From Tubiluchus corallicola (lineage: Eukaryota; Animalia; Priapulida), in NCBI GenBank assembly GCA_030141605.1, contig JAQGDQ010001300.1, forward strand, positions 1 to 48,728: a stretch of 48,728 bases of DNA, written 5' to 3'. Position numbers and translations under genes: made by a program. The notes below the pieces were generated by a model, which was not told the DNA's origin, ran no database searches, and saw only the letters and a list, made by a program, of their open reading frames with translations. Positions 1-12,025 of this stretch are shown piece by piece (position 1 is the first letter of the stretch; the number at the start of each line of letters is the position of its first letter).

Positions 1-288
<288 letters not shown>

Positions 289-744
289 AGTTATGTACGC
301 CACATTTAGAAATTAAATGAACTATTCTGTTCATTCTCTGGAGCAAAATGATCGGTATTGTTTTCCCACGATAAGTCTGCTGAGAATGAATTTTCAGAAA
401 CAAGCAATTTGTACACATGCCACATCTCCACTTCCGTACTTTTTTACAAACTTCAACTCTCATACGTCTGCATTCTGACAGCAGTCGTAACGTTGCCTAA
501 AGAAAAAGTCTTTCGAGGGTTTGAACCACAGTTTAACAAAATGATTGTAAATGGTTGATAAAAAAACCCTACGTAGTCTTGGAGATCTGTAGATCTTCTT
601 CGTTTGAAGTCAGAATACAAATTTACCTGTCTGGTTCTGTTATGTCCTTAATGTTTTTTCCATTAGTTGTAGGTACGTGTTGCGTCAGTGCTGCAGTTGC
701 AAAAGCTGAAATTTGCTTTAGAGCTATTATACGCCCAGTAAGCC

Positions 745-1110
745 CTTCACTGTTTCGTTGTGCGCATGCGCAGTTGCTGTAGGTCAAAGGTTAATCGTAC
801 TACACCAACGGGTCTTAATTACAACCGCTACGTGACATTTTTAAAGCAATACCGTCTGCCGCATCAGTTCAGTATCTACAGTTGCGACGCCATCTCCTTA
901 CTGTTCTAGGTGGAGTTTTTTTAATTGTGCATTAGTCTGTGTGATCCAGAGTGATTTATAGCAGAATCTTGCTAGGGAAGAAGAATAATATAAACTAGGT
1001 AAGGTTCCAATTAGTTGCTAAACCTGTTACTATTACAACAGCATGGGATGCGCTTAACCTTTGACCTTTTTGCGATCATCATCAATCGCTGGTATTGTGA
1101 AAAGGCCTAT
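745..1110 (+). mobile_element. Interspersed repeat family C (MITE-like) with inverted AGGTCAAAGGT sub-terminal motifs
   Basis: Diverged reverse complement of about 36750-37110 and 47195-47555 (shared blocks include ctattacaacagcatggg, actaggtaag and gcattagtctgtg). Contains aggtcaaaggtta at 781 and its inverse taacctttgacct at 1056. Boundaries approximate. Confidence 0.75.
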
Positions 1111-1591
1111 TATTCGTGTAGATTTGCTTTTGAACAATGTGGATTGTTGTGTTTTTAACCAATTGTTAATATTTTGGTCCTTGACCACGACCCGGTCTCG
1201 CCATAACCACCTAGATGAAGTAGTTTCTGTCATTCAATACCGGATTCCACCTATACATTCGCTATGCAGAGCACAGAACTGTGTAAAAAACAGTTCATTC
1301 ATTTATTCACTGATTTAATTTATTCCCTGTTTGTTTCTTTCTTTTTCTTCTTTTTATTTTCTTTGCTTGTTAATTTCATGATTCTTTCGTTTGCTAACCG
1401 GTTTATAAGGTGTGTCAGGAAATGATTTAACTCTCCGTAGAAAAGAAATAAAAAAGAACAGATAAAAACCGACAAAACCACGAGAAAAAGCATTTAATAT
1501 TAAAGAAAGACAGGATGATTTTTCATACACTGCCCCAATTTCAAATATGGTAAAAATACTGCAAAAGCGTTTCTGATAATTAAATAATAGA

Positions 1592-2108
1592 TTAAAACTT
1601 AATAAACGGCGGGCGAGCAAAACTATTGATGACATCACAAACGAACATAATTTTCAACAGCAAAAATATTTCACGAGCGTGTTGCGCTTGTTTGCGAAAG
1701 AGAAAATTGAAGTACAGTGCTACTTTAAGATATTCAGTGTGATGTACTAAAACTAGGCAAGTTTTAAGGTAAAAATTCAAATTTACCGCTGTGCTCACGC
1801 AAGAGCTGTCGAATTAGCGTAGTCCGTCACAAATTAATACACCTGAACTGAGAGCTACAGTACCTATTTTTATGTAATGTGTTTCGGAAATGCAGGCGCT
1901 AGTATAAGGTGTAGTGCCAGTCTAACTAACGAATGACGAAATCCATGTAACAGCGAAGAACTAGTCGCGCGAACGTGAAATTGTGTTTGTGTGACAATAA
2001 TTCTTTCACGTAAGTCATTTTTGAAGAAATAGTATGTTTCCTTTCAATAGTTTAAAAAGCAGATTGTTTTGACCTACAGTTTAAGAATTGGTTTTGTTTT
2101 GCTTTAAA
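1592..2108 (+). mobile_element. Interspersed repeat family A, non-autonomous DNA-transposon-like copy
   Basis: Blocks aacataattttcaacagca, aaattgaagtacagtgctact and cagcgaagaactag..gcgcgaacgt recur at 19384-19872 and, rearranged, at 42314-42630. The copy ends in CT|TTAA. Confidence 0.8.
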
Positions 2109-2799
2109 TTTAAGAGCTATCATTTTCTGACACGCTGTTTTTTCGTTCGCTTCTACATTCTTTCATGCATACTTTCATTTCTTAGTGAAACGTTATTGTT
2201 AAATTTCAGTTTTGTGATTTGAATTTCAATTTTGTGTTTACAATACAGTGCATGAGAATATTCTAACTTTATTTCCAGTTTTGCAGTAAACCTGCAGGTG
2301 GAATGACTGTTTCTTATTCTATCACTCAGGTGGGACAGGTAATCAGCCACGTTTCGAAATCAAGCCGAAATTAATTAGCCAATACAATCAATCGATTAGC
2401 ATGTATCTGCTATTTACGATAGGGTCATCTGAACAGAGACACCTATTAGCTAAACAAAACACTTTTACCACGAAGACGCAACATCACAATTGACTAAGAT
2501 TCAGGTATCATGCAGGTTGATGGGCACATAAACTACATCAAAGGTACCGACGCTTTCTTCAGGCCGAGGTCTTTTGTGTGTCGGTAGTCTGATCGAATTG
2601 CTCGGATTTAATACATAAAGGTAAAATAATTAAAAATATTTGACTGGTTTTCTCATAACTATGAATATTCATGCATAAGTTTGATTTCATCTTTCTGGGA
2701 TAACTCATTTGGGCCAAAAGCATGCATATTAAACAGAAGTAATTATACAAACTTAACACTCCGAGTACCACGTCTCCGAATTTGTACCTACGTTTAGCA

Positions 2800-3223
2800 C
2801 CGCCCACTCGACGAATACCGCCCGATTATTGGCTAATTGTCGTCCGCCGTTAATTAATCGTTATTATAAGAACAGAAGTTCAAAGAGATCCCGCGCGGTG
2901 GTTTACAGTAACTCGGGTGTCTTCATGAAAAGGGAAGCGACTTTTTATGAGCATGACAACGCATAAGACACGAGTCATTAAATGATGGCGCTTCAGTCAC
3001 TAATAGCCCTCGTTGTGTCGAGCGTCGAATCACTTGTGCGTAAAACAGTCGAGTGCTGGTATCACAGCTGTAAACAAGTTACTAGCGCCCGCATAAACAC
3101 ACAAACAATTGAGTAAACAACTCAGTTGCATCGAATACTTTGCAAAGAAAGTTTTCAAACCGCACAGAACAACATTAACTCTTTCGTCGTTTTTATCGCA
3201 TCCGGGAATTCGGAAAAGTTTGA
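2800..3223 (+). promoter_or_regulatory. Putative Evx promoter / 5' UTR
   Basis: CpG-enriched island directly upstream of the proposed exon 1. TCAGTT initiator-like motif at 3122-3127 with CATAAA about 30 bp upstream (3092-3097). Fox-type GTAAACA at 3070 and 3113, TCF-like TTCAAAG near 2879, TAATTAAT at 2851. The TSS is inferred, not shown. Confidence 0.5.
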
Positions 3224-3398
3224 ATGCAGACGTCAGCTCTCTGCTTTCCGTCGTTTCACATCCGGTCTGGTGGGAGTGAGATGGGGGAGAAGCTCGCCGA
3301 AACGCTGAACAACGGGGAAGAGGCGAAAATAGGGGAACTCTCCAAAGAAAAGGAAAACCTGAAAGAAGTTGACTCCAGGAAATGTTTGAACCTAAAAG
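3224..3398 (+). CDS. evx: Even-skipped homeobox protein, putative coding exon 1 (MQTSALCFPSFHIRSGGSEMGEKLAETLNNGEEAKIGELSKEKENLKEVDSRKCLNLK)
   Basis: ATG at 3224 follows an in-frame TGA. There are 58 open codons plus 1 nt, then donor AAAG|GTTAGT at 3399. The phase-1 end matches the phase-1 acceptor of exon 2 (G+GT = Gly). It lies in a CpG-rich island. No homology check was possible. Confidence 0.68.
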
Positions 3399-3695
3399 GT
3401 TAGTAAACTTTGTAACTTTAACGTTTCTCAAACTGAATCATTTTTATTGTCGTGCTAAAAAGTAGGAAAAAATTTGGAAGCATTTTATTAGCTGAAAAGG
3501 GTAAAATGTGAGTTATTATAAGTTTCTGTAAATATTTATAAGTTTATGTAATTACTATTGAAACTATTCTGTTCTTAGGTAATGCAAAAATACTTCTTGT
3601 AACGTTGACCTATTACGTCATGCAAAATCTCAAATAATTCATAAAAAGCACTAGTACTTCAGTTTTCATATTTGGCTTCCTGTATTTAAGTCACT

Positions 3696-4168
3696 GTAAT
3701 TATAGTTACAGAAACTTGTAATTACACAGGTTTACAAATAGTTACAGAAACTTGTAATTACACAGATTTACAAATAGTTACTGAAACTTGTAATTACACA
3801 TGTGTGCAAATAGTTACAGAAACTTGTAATTACACAGGTTTACAAATAGTTACAGAAACTTGTAATTACACAGGTTTACAAATAGTTACAGAAATTTGTA
3901 ATTACACAGGTTTACAAATAGTTACAGAACTTGTAATTACACAGATTTACAAATAGTTACATAAACTTGTAATTACACAGGTCTACAAATAGTTACAGAA
4001 ACTTGTAATTACACAGATTTACAAATAGTTACAGAAACTTGTAATTACACAGGTTTACAAATAGTTACAGAAACTTGTAACTACCCAGGTTTACAAATAG
4101 TTACAGAAACTTGTCATTAAACAGGTTTACAAATAGTTACTGAAATTTGTAATTAAACAGGCTTACAA
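3696..4168. repeat. 36-bp minisatellite, about 13 copies (aatagttacagaaacttgtaattacacaggtttaca)
   Basis: Direct reading; period 36 (gttac at 3741 and 3777). Most units contain the palindrome TGTAATTACA. Confidence 0.95.
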
Positions 4169-5860
4169 AGAATCTGTTTAATGCAACATAGATGTAATTA
4201 TTTAACGTCTACTATATGGCCTACACCCTGCTTGTTCACAATGAGTCAATGATATGTATAGTCGTAAAATGTCGACGTCTATCCTGATATGCTCTCTTTA
4301 AAATAAATAGAGTTTGTTAAATTCTAATTCTTTGTTGATACTATGATTTCATCAAATATTTTTAATTGTTCTATATGTAAATTGTTTTTCATTTTTCCAC
4401 AAACAATACACACACAAGTTCGTATAATTAAATGGTTCACATAACTAAATGCATCTTCGCGTGCACAAATGCCAAATAAATATAATTACAGCTTATTTCC
4501 TGTTATAAATAAGTGTCGTATGTGTAGAACTTTGAAAGCTCCATTTTTGAAAGCTCCAAACTAATGGAGTTACTTCGACTAAACTGCATAACTCTTTTTC
4601 TGCAGAAATAGAGCAGAATTTTTTAATAGGTTTTAAGTTTTGATTAAGCTAAATTGCAAGCGAACGTATATGTAAGAAAGGCGGACAAGCGCCTATCAAA
4701 GATTTATGTTTACCGTCTATGTACAATTATTATTCTAAGCATACTAGAATATGTGTGGGCTATTTTAACACTTCATATTCGTGTGTGGTAGCATATTATG
4801 CCCCCAGTGTAAAGTGTTAGCCATTTCTGCACGAATGACGTATACAGGCAGTAAAAATGAGCGAACAGTAATTTTTATTAGCGTCGGAGACACATCGAAT
4901 GATTATACTATTAAGACGCAGAAATGTTTTCGTGTCAGATAAATTATTGCAGGCTATAAACGTACACAAGATCAATTTGTATTATCGGCCAGTAGCCGTG
5001 GAGAGAATAATGATGGTGGTAGGAATATTATAACGATGGAGGAAGAGTTGTAATAAAAAACATTGGAACTCACTAATGTATTACTCTTTTGGTAATTGTT
5101 ATAATACAGGTTTGCACGAAAATTTTGATACGCTTACGCTATGCAGTAGAACTACTTCGTCTTAAATTTTTCCATTCTGTTAATCATAGTATTATAAACG
5201 CACAAAGAATAAATTATTTATAGCCAGGAACTGTATCTTTCATAAACTCATAATAGAGTGACTTATTTATGAGCGTTTTCGTACTTTATTATGTAGTATA
5301 CCACACGTTATCTTGGCTACGTACAAGGCCAAATATTACTAAGCTAATTTAAAACAAAATTTGCTGGCGTATTATGGAGTCATTTAAAACAAAAATCATG
5401 ACGTAATAAACATGGCTTAAGTGTTAGACACAAGTTTAACTTACGATTGCATTTGTAATTGTATTTTGAACAAAGCTGTACTAGTGCGACTTATTTACGT
5501 TGCAGTAGAAATTTATAAAAGTAAACAATATAGAAAGTAAACAAAGTAAAAAGTAAACAAAGCAAGGCAAAGAGAAAATGTTTAGCCATGTATTTTGCAT
5601 ATGCAAAACTTATGCCCTACAATTATGTCTCCAATAATCAAAGACGGGTAAAATAAGAATTGAATTTTATATATAAAATTTTAAATTTATGATATATATA
5701 TATATATATATATATATCATAAATTTATATTAAGTAATTATCATGTATATATTAAGTAATTAACTCCATAATTATATTTATATATCATAAATTTGTATAT
5801 GCATCTTGTTATATATATATATATATAACTTTTACTTTATAACGTATGTTACACAACATA

Positions 5861-6028
<168 letters not shown>

Positions 6029-7220
6029 TTTTGTACTGTATAGTACTGCATACAGTATATTTATATTTCTTTGTACTTATGTATGCATAAATGTATTTCG
6101 GTAAGTGTTCTATTTATCACTATTTTTTCATTTTTATTTAAAAATACGCATAAACATTTATTTAAAGCTTAACAGCAAAAAATAATTTACCTACATTATT
6201 ATTCTCGTAAATTGCAATTATACTGTGGGGTTTGATTTAATAAATATTTATTTTGGGAAAAATTTGAGCTAATTCCTTACGATCTAATATAGTAAAAATA
6301 TGTTACTAATGTAGTATGTATATACATTGAGTTGTCTAATGGTATTTTAGATTAGCCACGGGTGTCTCTGAACATTACACAGAATTGTACGAATTGTACA
6401 ATGTGAAGCTAAATACGTTCAAAAATAAAATGAACTTACAATATTTCTTTTCTTATAATTTTTTTTATAATTAGTCTATATATTTAAGATTTATTTTATA
6501 ACGTGAGTGACATTATTTTACTTACTTATCACAGGATGCTGTTGTAAGAGGTATGAAACCTAAGCTTCTACTGTAAATGCATTCTTAATACTATACGTTA
6601 TCAGAGATTGTATTAATACTATACGAAATGATGATAAATTTTTGGCTATTATGTAAATTACTTATATTTCTTTATATTTTTATGTATGCATAAATGTATT
6701 TCGGTAAACAGTACTTGAGAGAGATCCGTTTAACAATCCACCCACTCCGTCATGTAGACTGCATATTAGCATCAATGACATCAGGTAAATCATTAATTAA
6801 AGATAAAACAAGTGTGGTCCAAGAACACTTCCCTGGCGTACACCAGATGTTACACATACCAAAGCAGATGTAAAAACCTCAGGCAAGATAGAAAAAATAC
6901 ATTTCTTTGTACTTATGTATGCATAAATGTATTTCGGTAAACATACTTGAGAGAGATTCGTTTAACAATCCACGCACTCCATCATGTAGACTGCATATTA
7001 GCTTCTACGAACAGGTAATAAATAGATGACATAGGTTATTAATATTTATGTAGGTTATCATACCTAATAATGTAACTTGTCGTTAGTCATATGGAGTTAA
7101 TATTAATCATGATGTCACACCATGATGGTGCAGGTTTCTTTAAATGACCTACATGAATCCTATAATCTAGGTTACTTATTCTTATGCTTGATCTTATCAT
7201 GAACATGAAAGATTTGTTCG

Positions 7221-7590
7221 TGACCTCTTTGAGCTGAAAAGTTATATGATTAGAACCTCATGATTCACAATAAGTTAATCATAATATGAATTTTGGATAA
7301 AACGTGCTACAAGAGAGGAAGTTCTTGGTATTCATTTTGCAGTTTGACCTCTTTGAGCCGGGAGGCTATACAATTAGAACTTCATGATTCACAATGAAGT
7401 AAACATAATATGAATTTTGGATAAAACGTGTTGCACGAGAGGAAGTTCTTGGTATTCATTTTGCAGTTTGACCTCATTGAGCCGGGAGGCTATACAATTA
7501 CAACTTCATGATTCACGATAAATTAAACATAGTATGAGTTTTGGATAAAACGTGCTACAAGAGAGGGAGTTCTAGGTACGCATTTTTCTA
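7221..7590. repeat. 124-bp tandem repeat, about 3 copies
   Basis: gacctc(t/a)ttgagc recurs at about 7222, 7346 and 7470, with shared catgattcac and ttttggataaaacgtg blocks. Confidence 0.9.
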
Positions 7591-7789
7591 CTCTTGTGAC
7601 GATTTCGGAAATGGTGTTTGAAAAAGAAAAATGACGTCAGTAATTACGAGGGAAATTATTTACGAACGCGGGTAACTCTTGAAACGTTTGTAGTAGTATG
7701 TGTTTTTGTTTTTCAAACAAAATTTATGTGTATCAGTTCTCATTATAACTTGTTATATGGGCATAAGCAATGGTACACGTATCTTTCAA

Positions 7790-8260
7790 TATTAAAATGG
7801 ATTTTTCTATTTATATATTCCATTAAGGCGATTCTTACTGGTGCTTCACTTGGTAATCGTAGAATACGTCCTAACTATCTTATTCTTCGAATTTTGACTT
7901 TTGAACTCCAAGTAAATTCTTTCGTTCTGTTGTATAAATCTTCATTTTTGATTATGTATGGCCATCTTATCTTTAAAACTTTCCTAAGAAGACTTCTATG
8001 AAATGTGTCAATCTGCTTTTCTTGAGTAATCGTTAAACACCAAGTTTTACTGTTGTAGGTAAATATGCTAGCAACGTGAGCATGAAATAATCGAAATCTT
8101 AGGTTAACACTTATTTTCTTGCTAGTTAATACATTCTTGTGCTGAAGAAAAGCATGCATTGCTTGTTGCTTTCTGCTTTTAATATCTTCTTCAGTGTTCA
8201 GAATGTACTTGCACTTTTTCCAAGACTGATTACCATCTTTTGCAATAATATGTGTATATA
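7790..8260 (-). mobile_element. Non-LTR retrotransposon remnant (RTE-like), ORF2 region C-terminal to RT
   Basis: Translation EEDIKSRKQQAMHAF..KISVNLRFRLFHAHVASIFTYNSKTWCLT..QIDTFHRSLLRKVLKIRW..IKNEDLY..RRIR*LGRILRLP matches the typical RTE-clade post-RT motif series. Contains an in-frame stop. Confidence 0.8.
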
Positions 8261-9489
8261 TTTCAATTAGGCATAATATATCTCTCCTGGACATTAAACA
8301 ATGCAGCAAATCACTCAGTTAAACATCCATGAATTCACATAAAAGAAGTGCACGCTCTAATCTGCAAACACAATAGAAATATCTAATTTATTCTTTAATG
8401 TTCTTTAATGTTACTGTTTTTCCTGTTAACTTATCATTTGAGCAGACTACATTACTTGCATTAAAATTGTGTAGTCGAAACAAAAGATTTAGCTGACTAA
8501 ATGCAAAAAACGCGTTGTACATTTTACGTGAAAAAAATTGGTCTGAATTGAAGTTACCAGAATTTACATGATTTCGTTATTTCCGTTTGACGGTCTGTCG
8601 TCCACTGATTCGTCCATATAAGTTGCTTACCTGTCATAAAATTAATTATTGCCGTATAATCCGCTTACGTTTCTTCTGCTTTAAGTAACGTTTAACGAAC
8701 AAGACGTTAATTATTTAGATAATAGAATTGTAACAATTGACAGGGGTAATCCAATCAGTTCACAAGTACACGGTTGGACATTACTCTATTGTGGTTTCCA
8801 TTGTGTACCACCACTGTGTACACTGATCTCTCGTGTTGCTCTTATTGTATCAGAATAAAGCTGTTTGTCTGGTGAGCGCGTGCCAGTTGTCTATACGATT
8901 CGGTTGATTTGCATCATTCAATTCAATTCAATTCAACTCATTTCAATTTATTTATCTCTTTGTAATACTGCGATAAAACATGATTAATAAGCGAATCACT
9001 AATAAGTTTTTGAAGAATGATTAAGATGAATAGATAGATCTAGAACTAGAGAAAGGATAGCGAAATAACTATAAAGTCACCTAGTCTGCTATCTTTTACC
9101 GAATATAGATAAAATGATTTTTAGACACTGGTGGACATTAATGTTGTCAGTTTAATTTAGGAAACATTAATAATTTTTAAAATTATGACATTTGCTATCA
9201 TTTTCTGCTCTTTTCTGTTTCTTTCCTTTCTTTCTTTTTTTAATCAATTGCTACTTCTTTGGCATCTCTTGTCCCATTCCATTCTTTTCGGTTTGGATTT
9301 GCTCCGTTTTGCCTTTTTGCTTTTAAGCGTACTCTTCTGTTTTCTTTTAACTTGCATTCTTGGTTTGTTCCATCTCCGTTTTGTCTTTTACTTCTCAATT
9401 GTTCAACTTCTTGGTTTGTTCCATCTCCGTTTTTTCTTTCCCTTCTTATTTTATCATTAACTTGTATGTCTGTCTGTCTTTTGCTTGAC

Positions 9490-10365
9490 TGTTCATTGTT
9501 GACTGACTGGTTGATTGATTGGTGACTGGTTGATTGATTGGCTGATTGGTTGATTTATTGATTGGTTGATTCATTGATTGATTGATTCACTGACTGACTA
9601 ATTGATTCATTGATTAATGAATATAAACATAAATGGAATGACAGACAGACTGGCAGGTTGATTGATTGTTCAAATAACTAGTTTAACAATTATATCAATT
9701 CATTTACTTAGTTGTTTTTGTTTGTTTGTTTTCTTGTTGATTTGCTCATTTATTTGCTTGCTTTCTCGCAAGTTTGTTTATTGATTTATTCTCTCAGCCA
9801 CTCAGTGCATCACGTCCGTTTGTTTATTGGGTAATTTATAAATTTAATCACTCCTTTTTGCTGTTTTGTTTATTCATTCATTCATTCATTCATTCATTCA
9901 TTCATTCATTCATTCATTCATTCATTCATTCATTCATTCATTCATTCATTCATTCATTCATTTGTTCATTCATTCATTCGTTGACTCATTCATTCATTAA
10001 TTCATTCATTCATCCATTCACTCACTCATTCATTCATTCATTGATTTATTCATTCATTCATTCATTCATTCATTCATTCATTCATTCATTCATGCACTCA
10101 TTCGTTGATTCATTCATTCATTAATTCGTTCGCCCGCTCGTTCGTTCTTACATTCTTTCCTTAATTTATTTATTTCTTCATTCATTCATTCATTCATTCA
10201 TTCATTCATTCATTCATTCATTCATTCATCCATCCATTCATTCATTCATTCATTCATTCATTCATTCATTCATTCATTCATTCATTCATTCATTCATTCA
10301 TTCATTCATTCATTCATTCATTTATTCGTTCGTCCGTCCGTCCGTTCGTTCGTTCGTTCATTCAT
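9490..10365. repeat. Compound (TGAT/TGAC)n and (ATTC)n tetranucleotide microsatellites
   Basis: Direct reading. Confidence 0.93.
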
Positions 10366-11624
10366 GCAAATTGCCAACGCTTCAAAGCCGGTAATTTCGG
10401 TGCAACATCATCCGACTGAGCGGCTTCATAGCCCGCAAAGCTTTATAGTCTGCATGGCTTCCCGGCCTAATCTCATTCCGGTCGACTCGTGTCACTTCAA
10501 ATCAAAATACGGCCTTGTTAGATCCCAATTATTGCGAATAATACCTTAAATTTAGCCTAAGTGAAAGGTATAAACAGCATTTTAATTTATGGGTTATTAC
10601 GATCGCAAGCGTAATCCCTGGCGGCAGCTTTTTGTCGCGCGTAGATCAACGCAACGCAATTTCCAGCTAATAAACAATAATATCTGTGACGTGTAGTGAC
10701 GGATGCTGATTAGATCGTATTTTACACTAAGCGCTTTGTAGTTTCAATAAAACTTGGGTCTTGGGGCGGACGCAGAACCGTCCCTTCACGTGTTAAAACC
10801 CAGTTAAGGTGTCACATTAAATCGCGATAGGGTTGCCATCTGGTCGCGAACCAAATTCAGGAGTCAAGAAGCAGCAGCTGTGGGGTCTGGAAAGCGTTAT
10901 AAATGAACAAATTTCCTGTATTTTAAATTTTTTGAGGCTCTTTTCAAAAACTAAAATCAAGACTCCTTCTGGACTATAAGCGTTTGTAGTATTTCGCATG
11001 GGTTCATGAAAAACTGCTCTCACTAAGCACCGATTACGTTGTATTTGATAATTTTCTTAGGTTTCTATTCCTCACATAATGGATTTTCATAGTAAATTAT
11101 ATGTGAAATTTATTTTTGTTTACTTTAGCCAAATTGAAAATCGATTTTTGACGAAAACATTGAGAGAAGCTTTCAGTAACCACAAAGTACAGGATCGCTT
11201 ATGTGAAATCAACTAATGCAGAAAATTTCAACTATCCAGACACAACACTCTGATACAGTTTGGTCTCTAGTCTACACTATTTTTAAGGTGAAATTTCTGT
11301 TAAAAGATGATGCGACCTTAATTTGTTCTTGGCAGATTTTTGCTGGAATAGCAGCAGAACACTGCACATCTTTAGCTGTAGCAAGCAGGCGATCAATAAA
11401 TTAGTGTGTACGATCACGCAAGTGTCCACCAGACACCAGTCATTGGGTAACTGAGAATTCTCCTGAATAGAACAGTACCTAATTTGTAACCACTTAGTTA
11501 TGTCTGTACTCATACAGTAGTGGAAATGTCATAGGACTTATGAGTCTCACTTTGAATGGTGCAGTCCTTAAAGCACAAGAAAACCCTCCACTTACATTAA
11601 GCTTAAAAAATCGATTTAAAGCTT

Positions 11625-12025
11625 AAAGCTTAAAAGAAATTTTATACCACTTGCATACTACCTTTTCGTATGCATGGCTTGCATCGGCAGTAACGCTGTA
11701 TAAAACGTGTAAATTTAAACTCCCGCGATGACCGTTAGGCGCAGCCATTTTAATGGTAGGTCGTTTGAAACAAGTTTTGATAACATTAAGTAATGTTTGA
11801 AGAAATAATCAAAGCATTCGTAAGCAAACATGTAGCTAATTACGTAAAACTTTAATATCTTGTATTAAATTAGATTGTATCTTGTCAATAAGATTAAAAA
11901 TAAGTTTTTGGCTAGTGAGTGGCGCACCCCGGAGGGTGAGTCAGCGACATTTTACCAATTGGCACAAACATTATAAATTATTAGTCTAATTACATAAGTG
12001 TTTCCAGCAGGTAAATGTAAGTAAT
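11625..12025 (+). mobile_element. Interspersed repeat family B copy
   Basis: Blocks gcagtaacgctgtataaaa, gtaaatttaaactcccgc and gcgatgaccgttagg.gcagccatttta are inverted at about 38385-38760 and partly at 31760-31965. The 3' part (gtgagtca..gacattttacca.ttgg..ttacataagtgttt) matches the flanks of the 41038 minisatellite. Confidence 0.8.

Noticed and set aside
3030-3431. 133-aa minus-strand ORF and 60-aa plus-strand ORF (3126-3308) over the promoter/exon 1
   Set aside because: Non-ATG starts and no recognisable domain; they are shadows of the GC-richer exon-1 region. The ATG-3224 frame with a phase-matched donor is the better explanation.
10804-11321. Possible TTAA-flanked element (TTAA|GGTGTCAC...GCGACC|TTAA)
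   Set aside because: The terminal match is too short and imperfect to call without other copies.
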